DNA from: the human T2T-CHM13v2.0 reference genome, Homo sapiens
NCBI RefSeq assembly: GCF_009914755.1
Contig: NC_060932.1
Length of the DNA: 64,000 nucleotides
Strand: one strand, 5' to 3'
Shown here: positions 14,121-28,999 of the stretch, piece by piece
Position numbering within the stretch: position 1 is the first letter of the stretch
Layout of the letters: each line of letters begins with the position of its first letter
Notes under the pieces: model-generated
The model's input: only the letters and a program-made list of their open reading frames with translations
Database searches by the model: none
Told to the model about the DNA's origin: nothing
Position numbers and translations under genes: made by a program

Positions 14121-17100
14121 TAAAAGTAAAACGTAGTTTCCTTTTCAAGTACTCTTCCCTTTCCTTCCATCACAGCATACTTTGGGTTTTCTTCTAATGC
14201 CTCTAGATTTTGCTTATCTTTGAAGGCCTGTTATCCCCTAACTGGCATTGAAATTTGGCATTTCACAAAATTCTACCCGACTCACTTCCTTTGTCCAGCT
14301 TTCTCCTTCAATCATACTTTTTCAAACTGTGGGTTTTGATAGAATCTTGAGACATTAAATCAATACAGTGGGTAATAATCAAAATTTTAGAAATGTATTA
14401 AAAAGAAAATAGCATGAGCAAGGGTGGTGTATTTGAAGAATTTCATGAACTTCTAGAAAACTGCATTATGTTCATTTGCACACATTCTAGGACTTGAGCC
14501 TGGCAGGAAAAGTAATGGAGAGCATTGTATGCTGTGAGAAATGGATAGCATTTGGTCTTGGAAATGATGAAGAAACACTGATATTTTAAGGTGAATTTTA
14601 TTGAAGAATGTAATGTACTCAATCTCTTTATAAGCAGGAAGAACAGTGAATATTCTGCTTATTGGAAATGTATATAAGACATTCTAACATATCCTTAGCC
14701 TAAGGTGATATCCCAGCTCATCAATCATCTCCACAAAGACTGAACTTATGTCAGTAGTCTATCAGGGCCTATTAGAGTAGTTAGCCACCATAATATTGAT
14801 CTTTGCACTTTTAGAGTTGTTGCATTGATAACAATTATCTTTGTCTTTACTATCAAGGCAATATCCAAGAGCATGTGTGTCTGAGTCACAGAGAAGTATA
14901 AGGCTCATCTTATGTTGTACAATTATAATGTGTAACACTGGAGCCACAGCATCAAATTACTATAATAATCCTCATGTCTTTGGGATTCAATAAAATCTGA
15001 TGTTACCTTTTAAAATAATTACTATCTTAGACTGCTTACAGTCTCTGAACTTGGATGCCACATCTTTCTTGAAGCTGTCTTCAGAAATCCCATGAAAGTT
15101 AGTATTTCATTATGCATCCAGAAGTGTTGGTCTATGCTCATAGCCAAGGTCCACTGCAGGGATGAGGAAAGCATTCTGAATTTAAAAACAAAAACTTATC
15201 TGAAAGGTCTATATAAATTAGTTTTTTCCCAAGATATTTTTCATAGAAGTAAATTTAGCTATGACTAAGCAGTGCATAAAGCAGGTCAGTATATAATTGT
15301 CTTATTTTCTCATAAAAATGACAGTGTTTCCATAAATTCTGAAATGCATTAAACACATGCTGACTTATTAAGCATAATATTCTGTAATCAAACACATACC
15401 TTCTACCTATTCTTGATGGTTCAGAGTAAATATTGTAGTCATGCAAATCATAATAATTCCTTAAATCTCTGTAATGTATTATAGTAAACAGGCATATATT
15501 ATTTGAATATTGTGCAATTATATGTTTATGTTACGAGGTTCTTAAAATAGCTGAAGTTATATGACCTGACATTTAACAACCCCATCCTGCCAACATTTTG
15601 TGGTCCCGAATCCTCTTTTTAATTTTTTCTCTGCCTTTCACATCTTACAGGATTTTAATTTTCTCTTACTGCTGCAGGCAACGTGGCTCCCTCAAATAAT
15701 GCTCTTTTTCTTGTAAGAAAAAGATCATGACTTGTGTGTGTAGAAGAGAAGGGCATTTTACTAACGTGTCAGTCTGAAGTGTCATCTGACTCTTCTTTCA
15801 GCCTTATTGGTCTGATTGCCTCTCACATTACCTTTCTTTGTTTTGGAGGTATCCAGAGCTTGGTTCTTAAGAATCAGCAGAAAAAAGAAAGTACAGAGGA
15901 CAGGAAAGAATCCATAGACTGAGAAAGGGAAATGTAAAGATTATACACAGTTTGACCCAATTGATTATTGTTTTATTATATATGCATATACAAGTTCTGA
16001 CTGAAAAGACAGAGGACAAAGGGGCAGGGGAATTCTCGGAGCATGAGAAATGGAAATAGGAGGATTATACAAGGTTGGATCCTTTAAAAAGTCAATCTTA
16101 CAGAAAACGAGAAACCAGTCAATGAAGGAACAAGGTAATAAAGAGAAATCTTATCTCCATTTATATTTTGTGAAGACCATTATTAATAATATTTCCCCTT
16201 TTTTATGTGTACAAGTTTATAATTTTTAAACTCCTACCTATTTTCCTTTTATTGCCTGCTGCCAGTGCCTGTCTTCCTAGTGACCTTTACAAGAGGATCC
16301 ATGAGCAGAGAAAGACTAATGGAAGTATGCCCAGATAGTGGCAGCAAAGATGAGCCTCTGGAGGCCATTCTTTGGATTCAGAGAAAAAGAGCTGGAGGGG
16401 AGGTGACCTGGAAACTAAACTAAGATCCAGAAGTGAACCCAGACAATTAAATCTCACAGTGATCCCTGGGTGATTTCCCTAAAAACGTATCAGCAGCGCT
16501 GTTATTTCAAGCCACTTAAGCAGGAAAGCAGGCCTTACTCTAGTACATTCCTACGCTAACGAAGAGAATTTCCAGTATACAAGAATGCAGAAATACTCAA
16601 ACATTTTACAGAAGAGTCATGATAGCTACTTTAGAATCCATTTACATTTGGTTATGTCCTACTTGTTATTTTGTTTTTGTTTTTTATTTTCCCTACCAAG
16701 AGAATGGTCTCAAGTTTAATGTTGAATTAACACTTGGAATAACCATTGCATGTTCTTACCTTATTGTGCTAATGTTGGACACCTCACTATATCATTTTAG
16801 TTGTTTGTTCAGTCTCACCATAAATATCATTGAGATAATGATGAAAGTGCCTATAAAACACCTGAGATGCACTAGGTGTTCTTTAATATTAGTGATCTGC
16901 TTGCAAATAAAACACACTGTGTTAGGCACAGTGAAAACTATTAAGATCAATTAAAATATAGTCTATCCCTTAGAAACATCTCAGTCTAATCGGGAAAATA
17001 ATATAGGCATGTAGTCATAGTTAAAATGGAAAAATATTAGATAAAACTCTGATACAGTCTTTTTGCTTTGATTTTGAAATGACCACCCATTGCTCACTCC

Positions 17101-17448
17101 CAGTTCCCTCATAGCAGCCCAAAGGAATTTACCTTATCTTCTTTATCTGGCCGGGTCAACTTCTAATACAGGTGACTTGGCCTAGAAAGCCTGCTGACTC
17201 TCAATTTTCAGATATTCTGACATGTTCCCATTTGGATCAGATGAGCTTGGCTTTCTATAATTGAGTCACACAGCTTAGGTGAGAGTTGGAGACTGTAATC
17301 CCAGTTTTTGGAAAAGTCAATTGTTGCATATTTCCAGATGTAGATAATCCTCTTGAGTATATACCTCAATAGTAAATTAATTAATTTATTTATTTTAGAA
17401 TTTGAACAGCAGGGGTGGGGGCAGCTTGAAAGAGTCTTATTTTAACTT

Positions 17449-17744
17449 GTTTTTTTCCCCCCTTGGGACACGGTCTCACTGTGTTGCCCAGGTTGGAGGG
17501 CAGTGGGGCGATCTCTGTTTCACTGCAACCTCCATCTCCTGGGATCAAGGGATTCTCCCACCTCAGCCTCCTGGGTAGCTGGGACTATGGGTGCATGCTA
17601 CCACACAGCTAAATTTGTATTTTTTGTAGAGATGGGGTTTAGCCATGTTGCCCAGGCTGGTCTCAAACTCCTGGGCTCAAGTGATCCACCCACCTCAGCC
17701 TCCCCAAGTGCTGGGATTATAGGTGTGAGCCACCTCACCAGGCC
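17449..17744 (-). mobile_element. Alu (AluJ-like), full length
   Basis: Antisense Alu with J-type ctcctgggctcaagtgatccacccacctcagcc; ends gagccacctcaccaggcc. Confidence 0.95.
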
Positions 17745-17939
17745 ATGTTTTAATACCAGGCCGTCTTTTTAAAAAATCAGTTTTAGCACTTTTATCTCAC
17801 CATATTCAGTACTTTAAATCAGTCATGTATTTGATCATCAGGAAATGTACTGACAGGTAAAAAGTTGATAATTAAATTTTATATCAAATTATACTACATA
17901 ACAATTTTATCAATTATGTATAATAATTTTATGTAAGCT

Positions 17940-18370
17940 ATATAAATGAATTTATATAGAGAAATAAATTTAGAGCAAATTACAAACATGTTCTTTTATA
18001 CATAAATGCTTCAGTATGTATTTCCTAAGAACAAGAACATCCTTTTACATAATTCTTAAATTATAAATATCATAAAATATATAATTAAATAATTACATAT
18101 TAAAGTAAATTAAAATTGTAACTTAACATTTAATATTATGTGTAATTAAACTATGTAATTATAAAAATCAAGAAGTTTAACCTACAGTGTTTATATAAAT
18201 TTTATTGGTTTTCCCTGTAATGTGTTTTGTAACTGTTTTCTTCCTAATCCACAATCCAATCCAGAATCATTTATTGCATTTAGATATCAATTCTCTTTAT
18301 TTTACCTTAGTCTGGAACATAACCTCAGCTTTCTAGACCTTTACATTTTTTGCATTATGAAGAATTATAA
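17940..18370 (-). mobile_element. L1MC4/5-like 3' fragment
   Basis: cagtatgtatttcctaagaacaagaacatccttttacataat...aatccaatccagaatcatttattgcatttag...agtctggaaca. Confidence 0.7.
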
Positions 18371-21300
18371 AATATTTGATATTTTGTTCCATTAGCACAA
18401 TCTCTAGTCCAGTCCCATTTAGAGTCAGAATTCCAAACATCTTCTAAATTAACCCTGTCCTCTTATCCATCTCAAGCCTACTTTGGACTGGATGCCTATC
18501 ATGGTAAAGGAAGAGGAAGACAACGTCAGATAGTTTTCTGTTCTTTCCCTCTATTGTACTTTATCCTTCCCCTCACTGCTGTTTCTTTGTCGACTAACTC
18601 TTGTTTCTGACCTCCTTAGGGTTGGCAGAGGGGAGAGGCAGGAGGGAGGGTGAGCTACACATCACTGTTGTTGCAGTGGCTGGCATTGCTCATCTCTGGG
18701 TTTACTAAGTTCAAAGAATACTCTAGTGGAACATCTCCACAGCCTTCAGAGATTCCTCACAAGAGCTTCTGGTTGCAGCAGTCTCTCTCCTCTTGCTGGC
18801 CTCTTACGACATATTCTCAGCTTCTGAATGTGATGGCTGCATATCCATCTTCTCTCTGCTGATGTTTCCTTGCTCCCAGATGAAGCTGTCTCAGTCCATC
18901 AGCATACTGCATGGCCAGTATTCACTCGGTCCATGGGAAACAAGCATCTTTTGCTTTGTTGTCTTTGAAAGCACAGTTGCCTTCTAATATGGCTGTTTCT
19001 TTTCCCTCAACAGCTAAGCAGGCAGTTCCATTAAGGTTGTCTTAGAATCTTTGGGGACTATGAGTCAGGAACCTATTGTGCAAACTGTGGGGGACACAAA
19101 TCAAATTTTCTGAATTTTGTATTGAATCGTCTCTCTTACCTGATTGGAGGGGAAGGAAAGCAATCTTCTCCCCTCCACTCCCGCAAGAAGATCAGAAAAA
19201 AAATACCATGCCATCATTTTGACTACCTCAAAGAGTGGTTTAATATTTCTAATATATGTGTTTTCTTACCTTTTTTTTTTTTTTTTTTTCCAAGACCTGA
19301 TTTTGCCAAATCATTTGCTCATCTTACTTGGTGGGCAAACATTTCCGTTGGGAATGTAAGAGCATGTGCCCTGCTATTTTGGTTTCTGCTTTTTGGGCCT
19401 TCTGCCAAAACTGAGACAGAGGCCCTTGAAACATCCAGGATAGTGATTAAATCTAGCAAGTGCAATTAAGTAAACATTTCCAGCTCCTGTCCTCCTTTAG
19501 AGAAAAACAAATGAAGAAAAAGTTTAATTTCTAGAGGGAGATTTTGTGCATGAGCAGGACTAAATCTAATAATCCCAATAGTCTGGCATATGGCATACGT
19601 GGATATTCAGTGAGAATGTAAAATCATCCTGCAAGCTTTTCTGTATTTATTTTTGGGGATTGATTACAATCTCTATAGTACAGTGACTTCTCTACATGGA
19701 TTACAGGAGACTGTTGTCTCAGTCCACAGTTCTTGGAATAGTCATATTTCTGAGCAACTGATTTTTTTTAACCTTATGGACACTGAATTGATTGTTTTTC
19801 ACTTGTGATAACTGCTAGATCTACTGGAGCTGAGACGGTTTTTCACTTCTAGAAAATGTGCAAAACTGCAAGACACATGTTTGGTTTACAATTTCAACCC
19901 AGGCTTTTTTATTTTACTTTTTTTCATTTTTCTTTCTTCCAATGTCCTCACTTTTTTCTTGACATGTAGACTTGTATTTAAAAAATGATGTTTGGGAAAA
20001 AAGTAATGTATGAGTAAATAACTTTATTGGAAGGATAGCTATTAACACTTTCTTTTGTATCAGAGAAGGACCTCATTCCCAGTTTCTACATGCCTTAGGG
20101 ATAGAATGGGATATTTTTAAAGTATGTAAAAGGATAAGTATTCTTATATATCCCTTTATAGTGGTTGGGGAATCATTTAAAAATAAAGCAACACAAATTG
20201 GTAATTGTTAGGGGATTGTCATGTGTTTGTTTTTTAAGATGAGAAGTTCCAAAGAAACAAGCCTTATTTCCTTTTCGTGGTATTAAACAGCTACTGCCAA
20301 CAGTTTATACAGAGCCACAACCATCACTGCAGCTGACCCTGAAAACAGAAAGTGAGGGCCATCCATTAAGAGGTCCACGACTGCACTGAGTCTATGATGC
20401 GCAATGTAGTGGAGCAGAAATGATGCTTGCTGCACATTTAGTTGAGCCTAGGAGAGCAGGGCCCTCCATAGACACTAGTTTGAACATTGCTAGGTTTAAA
20501 ATGGTTTAAATATAAGATGGAAATCTGCACACTACTAGTGTTTGTATTCATATTTTTTATTTGGAATAACCTGTCTGTGTATCTATGTATCTAGTTGCTT
20601 TAGTCTTCTCATAGAATTAGTATAACAGTTGGTTATGTATAATAATTATGGAAAAGGGTTAATCAAATTATTACATTTTTACTTGAAGCCTACATCACAG
20701 CATTACAATGGAAAGCTAGACTGTTACTATTTTGTTTTCACAAGTGTTTGGTGCATATTTGATTCATTTCAGTATTGTTAGAAAATTAAACTGGCATTAT
20801 TTTTCTGATGATGTCTCACATTGTCGTCACTATAGAAATGAGGCTAATAATGCCAGCTCATTCGAGGAATATAGCTTCAGGAATGAATTGTTTTTTTTTT
20901 TTCTTTATATTGAAATGGTAGTTTTTTAATAGAGATACTGAATGGTGTATTTCAGATATCTTTAAAGGAACACTTAATTCAGAATTGAGTGCAAAAAAGC
21001 TGCAGAAGATCATTCATCCATGTAGATACAATTATATTGTGGTGGATAATGGATTTGTGTTATTCTTAATGTCTATACATGGCTACAGTAAGACTGAAGT
21101 TGTTTTTATAACTTTTCAGTACATTGAATGAAAGAAAGTATGACAGCAGAAAACATCTGATAAATTAAATGTGACATGTTTTTTATTCATATAAAATGGT
21201 TTCTGAGCAGCTGGTAATTGTGAATATTTCAGCAGTCATTTTTGATGTGGAATACTTCTTCTGTGGTAAACACTAATGAGTTGTGAGTTGTACTTCATCA

Positions 21301-22776
21301 AATTGACAGTTTCCTTACTTTTGTAAATAGGCATTTGATACACCTTGTAAAAGCTGGTAAAAGACACTCAACTCACCTTTTAAATGCATAGAATTTTCCC
21401 CTTATTCTCTTTCTACATTGTGCCATCCACTTTTCCTATAAGGAAGATAATGCAAAGAAAGGCTACCATTCACTGGGAGCTTAAAAAATTCCCAGAATCA
21501 TTCTGGGTACCATAATATACACTATCCATTCATAATTCTTACAGCTCAAATTAGCTCAAAGGAAAAACTAAGACTGTACATTGGCTGGGAGAGTAAACGA
21601 GTGCACCAAGAAATTACCCGTACTCAGGTTTTGTAAAGTGTCTTAATGTGAAATAGTTGTGTTTCTTGTTATTTTAAATACTAGGTATTTTTAGAGAATG
21701 AGATACCTTACATTCCTCCATCTTAAAAAAAAAACTTTATTTATAATAATCCTGTAAAATAGGAATTTGATGTACTATTCTCATTTTATAGGTAAGAGAA
21801 ATTACATAGAGATGAATGTTAGTCACAGAGTGGGACCATAGTGCAGACTCCTGTTCTTTAATATATTGTATTGTTTTTACTTAGAGAAATAAATTAATTG
21901 TACTAGGGACATGAAAGAACATAGAATAAGAATTGTCCGAAGAGAACTAAAGATGTTAAGATTAATTAATCAGGAAGTATATTTTAACAAATCTAAGAGG
22001 ATAAAATTAGCTGTGGTACTGCAATTAAAAAAAAAAAAAAACCTCTTGAAACAGATTGAGTATTATTAACAAGATTAACCCAACTCATTCTTTGGGGAGG
22101 GAACATTATATATTAAGAGCTCTCTTAAAACATGAATAATGCTACATATTTTGAGTGGAAGTGTAACTTAGTGCTCAACTAGCACAGCTGAATTAGTACA
22201 GCTGCTGCTAGACTTTCAAATCAAACAGCCCTCTTTGGTCTTTTTTATACCTTGGTATTGTATATAATATTTCTGTGAGTAAAGAGTTCTGATACTAACA
22301 CATTGTCTGACATAGTCATCCATATTTTAATGTAAATTACACTGATAATAATTTAGAATACCACTAATAGACATGATAGTGATAGCATCTTATGCTTTTA
22401 CAGAATATTATTATTTTCCAAAAGAGTTTTATTTTGATGGTTCTGCCAATATGTCAAAATCAGTAACCTGCAATCCCTTCAAAAACAAGTGTATAGAAAT
22501 TTTAAAAATATAACAAACCTATTTTATAAAGGCATAAATAAGTTCACAAAATATAAGAGGTATCCTCAGAAACCAAATACGAACAAGTCACCAAAAGTCA
22601 GGGTGGCGCAGACATGATCTGACGATGGGGTTAACTAGAGCTAAGGGGATTGGGGTCAATGTTCTCAGTCCAGAGGTTTGTGATGTCCCATTTGTACACA
22701 TGAGCAAATTTACATCTTAGTTTTTTGCATAAATTGGAACCACCAAGAGACTGCATGTAACCTAGATGTACTAGAA

Positions 22777-23271
22777 CAGGGGTCCACAATGCCCTGGCCA
22801 TGAACCAGTACCAGTTTGTGGCCTGTTGGGAACCAGGCTGCACAGTGGGAGATGAGTAACAGGCAAACCAGTGAAGCTTCATCTGTATTTGCAGCCACTC
22901 CCAATTCCTCGCATTACCACCTGAGCTCTGCCTCCTGTCAGATTAATGGCAGGATTAGATTCTCATAGGAGCATGAATCCTATTGTAGGTTGTGCACTCC
23001 TTATGAAAATCTAATGCCTGATGTTCTGTCATTGTCTCCCAGATGGGACCATCTAGTTGCAGGAAAACAAGCTGTGGGCTCCCACTGATTCTACATTATG
23101 GTGAATTGTAGAACTATTTTATTATATATTACAATGTAATAATAATAGAAATAAAGTGTACAACACATGTAATGTTCTTGAATTATCCTGAAAGCACCCC
23201 ACCCCCCAGTTTGTGGAAAAATGGTCTTCTGCAAAACCAGTCCCTGTTACAAAAAAGCTTAGGGACTGCTG
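22777..23271 (+). mobile_element. MER1A (hAT-Charlie)
   Basis: caggggtcc...gaagcttcatctgtattt...gatgggaccatctagttgcaggaaaacaagc...gggactgctg. 8-bp TSD tactagaa/gactcgaa. Confidence 0.92.
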
Positions 23272-23434
23272 GACTCGAAAACATTTCCCCCGTAAGCATA
23301 GGGATGTGACAGAAAAATTTGCAGTAAGCTGAAATCGACCTATGCCTCTTCCTAGTTCTGCTCACAAGACAACTTAGTACGAAATCTAGTGCTTCCTCCA
23401 TGAGTTGTTCTTTCATTTTATGAGGACAGTTATG

Positions 23435-23799
23435 TGATATGGTTTGGCTGTGTCCCCACCCAAATCTCATCTTGAAGTGTAGCTTCTATAATCCCCACAT
23501 GTCATGGGAGGGACCCAATGGAAGGTAATTTAATCATGGGGATGGGTTTTTCCCATGCTGTTCCCGTGATAGTGAATAATTCTCATGAGATCTGATGGTT
23601 TTATAAAGGACAGTTCTCTTGCACATGCTCTCTTGCCTGCCATCATGCAGGACAGGGCTTTGCTCCTCCTTTGCCTTTCACCGTGATTGTGAGACCTCCC
23701 CAGCCATGTGAAACTGTGTGTCCATTAAACCTCTTTTTCTTTATTAAATTACCTAGTCTCAGGTATTTCTTCATAGCAGTATGAAAATGGACTAATACA
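23435..23799 (+). mobile_element. THE1 (THE1C-like) MaLR solo LTR
   Basis: tgatatggtttggctgtgtccccacccaaatctcatcttgaa...ccattaaacctctt...ggactaataca. Confidence 0.95.
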
Positions 23800-23842
23800 T
23801 CAGGTCTTTGCTAGGTCTTGCCTTTTCTAAACTAAACTTAAA

Positions 23843-24803
23843 AAAAGTAGTAAGAACACAGTGTAAGATCTACTCACTTGATTTTTAAGTGTAAAATACA
23901 GTGTTATTAACTGTGGGTACAGTGTTGTACAGCAGATCTCTGGAACTTAATCATCTTACATAACTGAAACACCATATCCATTGAACTGCAACTCCCCATT
24001 TCCCTTCCTGCTAACCCTTGGTAACCACTATTCTACTCTTTATTTAAAAGACTTTGACTATTTTAGATACTTCATGTAAGTGGAACCATGCAGTATCTAT
24101 TCTTCTGTTACTGACTTATTTTACTTGGCATAATGTCCTCCAGGTTCATCCATGTCATCACATTTGGCAGGATTCCCCTCCTTTTTAAGGCTGAATAAAT
24201 TCCATCACTATTCAAGTCACTATTTTAAGACGAAAAAATCAATTGCTTGTATATAATACATTTTTTAAATTCATTCATCAGTGGGTAGTTAAGGTGTTTC
24301 CATATCTTGGCTGTTTTAAATGATGCTGCAATGTGCATGGGAGTGCAGATATCTCTTCTAGACCCTGATTTCAAATCTTTCAGATATATATCCAGAAGTA
24401 GAATTGCTGAATTATATTGTAATTCTATTTTTAAGTCTTTTGGAATTGCTATACTGTTTGTATACAGGCCACACCATTTTACATTCCTACCAATACTGTA
24501 TAATGGTTCCAGTTTTTCCATAATTTTGCAAGTATTTGTTGTTATTTTTGGTAATAATAGCCATTCTAACAGGTGTGAGATGATATCTCATTGTGGTTTT
24601 GATTTACGTTTCCCTAATGATTAGTGGTATGGAGCATCTTTTCATATGCTTGTTGACCATTTGTATGTCATCTTTGGAGAAATGTCTATTCCAGTTCTTC
24701 CTGTTTTCTAACCAGGTGATTTTTTTTTTTTTTTTTTGCCATTGATTTGTAGGAGTTTTATAATTTTGGCTATTAACTATTTATCAGATAAGTGGTTTGC
24801 CAA
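23843..24803 (-). mobile_element. L1MA9/L1MB-like 3' fragment
   Basis: gttgtacagcagatctctggaactt 3' UTR motif. ORF 24225-24521 ([16 protein letters not shown]...) is a degraded ORF2 C-terminus. Confidence 0.9.
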
Positions 24804-25837
24804 TGAGAGACTAAATATTACCATTTTATTTAAATATTATGTGCACAGTCATTAGTATTACAATATTATATTCCCCTTGCTCTTAACTGGGTGAAGCGTG
24901 CAGGTTAACATGTGAAATTCTGTGCTCAAATTCTAGTTCTTTGAATCTAGTTTCCCTGATTTTAAAATTGAGAGGATTGCTACCTGAGACATAAACAAGA
25001 TTAGGAAGCATGTAACCCCTTAGCCCCTGATACATAGTAAATACTTAACAATTTCCTTCTTAAAATGATTATTTTTCTATAATGTATCGGTATCGCATTT
25101 ATATATCTACAATTCTGTTATAACATACCATTTGTTTACAAACTAATTTAAATTGCCCTTGAAAAAGTTAACCATATATAAATAAGTTAATTCAGAAGAA
25201 TGACTGCTTGTTTTATTTAAAATTTAAAACATTCCTAATAATAGAAATACATCATTCTTGAAAATATGCCCATAGAACCCATAGAAGCTTCTTATGTAAG
25301 GATTTTGTTTGAAAATATCAATGTGAACCAGCTGTAAAGATAACCATTGTACAGATACATTTCACCCATCTAGAAGTCACTATTCAAGTCACTATTCCAA
25401 AGTAATCAATATCTATCATTTGAGAGTTATGGAGAATTTCCCATATGTAGAATGTAATAGACAAAAGTAGCTCATACCTCATAAAATTGTGATAAGGAGG
25501 ATTTAATTAGGTTGCACATGATAACCTAGTGTAACTAACACAGAGGATAGCCCATAGTAAAGATTAGATGCATTATTATCATTTGCATTATGATAAAATA
25601 GGCAAGAAAAAATATTGTTAATAAGACTGGACTGACAAGATAAATGAAATATGAACACACACATACACTAAAGTTGATGAAATTCATTTATGGGAGAACC
25701 AAACCTTTACTTAGGGAACTGTAATTCAGAAAATAAAAAGGACAAAAAGAGCAGAATCTATTAATGTCAGTCAAGTTCACAGCAGCAAAAATTGTTAACA
25801 ATGCCTTAACAGTGAGTGAGGGTACAGAGCATCGTTC

Positions 25838-25857
25838 AATATATATATATATATATA
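25838..25857. repeat. (AT)n microsatellite
   Basis: atatatatatatatatata. Confidence 0.9.
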
Positions 25858-27076
25858 AAACTCAAAAAGTGTGGTCCTCCCAAATCATTTAATATGAGAA
25901 CAGCCAGGCCTACACACATTAATCGTCTGTGAAGGCATCAGCACAGTCCACCATAGGGCCAAATTGATGTCTATGGTTTTTATTTTCTGGGATAACAGAG
26001 GAATATATAATACACTGAACAGAAAATGAAAATTGAGCAAACCAAAAGCTTTGGTGCTTGAAGAAGCGAATTTCTATTATCTAGAAAAATCACTGAAGTA
26101 GGTGTTTCTTTCCAAATGATGATGGATAAGCCAAGCATTTCTATAATTGCATACTGAACAGATAAATGTTTGACCTAGGCTTCATATGCCAATTACTCCT
26201 AGATGTGGTACAGTGGGATCCAGCTAGCCAAGGTAATGCAGATTAATATCATGTCACTTCTGCATGCCTGGGTAATATGTTGTTTCATCAGATGGTGCTT
26301 TACCTTGGCTTCCTTTGGTGTATGAACATATTACAGCAGAAGAAAATGGTCTGGGTGGGAAAATCTGATGAAGCAGGTGATGTAAACTGTCTGTAATCAC
26401 TAAATATAATGAGTGGACAAGTAGAACTCCTGTTAGGCCTCTAGCTTTTCCTACTGTTTGGAACTTGAATCAAAAGTCATAATAGAATTATGCCAATCTT
26501 TCCTATTTTTAAAGTGCACAGAAATTCTGCAAAGTAATATGATACTTAGACACTGACCATTTGGTAGGCAGCACAGAAGTAAAGAAGTCACTCTTCATTC
26601 AAAGTGGATCACAGCATTAACAGCTGTGATTCTTGCTATTAAAGAATAATTTTTATCAAAGGAGTATATTTTAAAGATTTAGTTCTATAGGTTACTTCTC
26701 TATGAAAATTTAAAGAAAATCCTTCCACAGAGAGGTATGGAGGATATTTACTGTCAATAGGTTTATACTATTAATGAGTTATATTCATAGTGGTATGAAA
26801 TATTAGTTATGTCAGCTTCTTACAATTCATGGGACTTTTGCAGACCTTCAGAAATGCAGATAAGCATTGCTCTGCTCACTTTGAATATCGGATACATCCT
26901 CCTTGCACTTTGAAAAGCAAATAGAATACATACATTTATCAATGCTGACATTGATACCTTTCTACATAGCTCAGCAAAGAATCATCCAAATAATACAAAA
27001 TTGAAAAACTGGAAGGCTAAACAAAATAAGCCGTCTTATATTTTACAGTTGAAATACTTAGATGTAAGTGAATTAA

Positions 27077-27429
<353 letters not shown>

Positions 27430-28099
27430 TTTTTTTGTTTGTTTGTTTGTTTTTTTTTTTAACAATTGAAAACGAAACAGAAATAACTTATATAAAAGTT
27501 TAAAGATAACTGGATATGACCTGCGGTGATATATGGCAATTGTTTTACTGATTATGTTTAGAAAAATCCCCAACGTGTTCAATTTCATATTAAAATGCCT
27601 AGTATTTATGGTTTATAATTATCATTTTTAGTGCAATCTTGCGCAACAGGAATTTCATTTTTTATAAAGTTATTTGTCACAGTGGGAGGATTTGTTTTCT
27701 CTTTAGTTTATATTTTATAACAATTGCAACCCATGATTTCACAGAGGAGACTATGATTAGGTATAATACAGATTAACCTATTAAGAAATACTTGTAAATC
27801 TTACAATTGATCAAGATTATTTTGTTATGCAAAAAAATAGAAAATTTTATTATTATTGAAAGTGCTATCATCATACCTTTAAACTTTATAATTGTATGTA
27901 TTTTTCCTTTATTCAAGGAAGATTATTTAAAGTAGTGTAACATACCTACATACTTTCAGGAGCTGGGCAGCGACATAAGTGAATAAATGAGTCTGTTGGG
28001 GAAGGTGTAGGATGATTGCATTAACCTGCTTTTAGTTTGACATAGTAACACCTACCTCATTATATTTACTTTCTTATTCTGGGGGTGTGTTTGTTTCGA

Positions 28100-28760
28100 T
28101 TTAATTTAATTTTTTGTAATTTATTGTGACTAATTGTGGGGTACAGAGTTATGATATATGTATGCAGTGTGGAATAATTAAATCACACTAACATATCTAT
28201 CATCTTAAATATTAATTATTTAATCTCTCAATTGCAACTTTCCACCCTTTGATAACATTATCCCATCCCAATTCCCATCCCCTTACCACCAATCTACCCT
28301 CTGCTACTATGAGTTCAACTTTTTTAGATTCCTCATATCAGTGAGATGAGTGGTATTTGTCTTTATGTCCTTGGCTTATTTCACTCAACATAATGTCTTC
28401 CAGGTTCATTCATGTTGTTGCAAATTATAGAATTTCCTTCTTTTTTCAAGGCTGAGTAATATTACATTGAGCTTACAAACCACATTTTCTTTATCCATTC
28501 ATCCACTGATGGACACAGGTTGATTTCAGATAGTGGCTTTTGTAAATAATGCTGGAGTGAACATGGGAGTAGATATCTTTTTAATTCCTCATGATATATA
28601 CACCAAAGTGGGATTGCTGGATCATATGATAATTCTAGTTTCAGTTTTTCTTTCTTTCTCTTTTTTTTTTTTTTTAGGAACTTCCATACAGTTTCCCATA
28701 ATGGCCATACTATTTTACACTCTCACCAACAGTGTGCAAGGGTTCCCTTTCTTTACATTG
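28100..28760 (-). mobile_element. L1MA-like 3' fragment
   Basis: ggggtacagagttatgatatatgtatgcagtgtggaataatt...ggcttatttcactcaacataatgtcttccaggttc...caccaacagtgtgcaagggttccc. Confidence 0.9.
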
Positions 28761-28999
28761 TTACACATCTGGGAGACAAACAGAACATGTTTATGGGGTG
28801 TAGTGGGCCTCAGAAAGTCACCAACTATAGCCTCCTCTATTACGTTACTCAGTAAGATAGATGCTCCCAGGGAGATGTTAGGTCAATGGTATCTGCCAAC
28901 TTTTCATTAGAAAGTATTACCCTCCCCTCACAAAGGCAGTTTAGAAATACTTCATCATGGAAGTGAAATAAAATGCTGTCATAATTTCTCTACTATGAC

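Noticed and set aside
18380-19250. GC-elevated block, possibly an ancient LTR or exon
   Set aside because: I could not assign a family or splice structure with confidence; needs a Dfam search.
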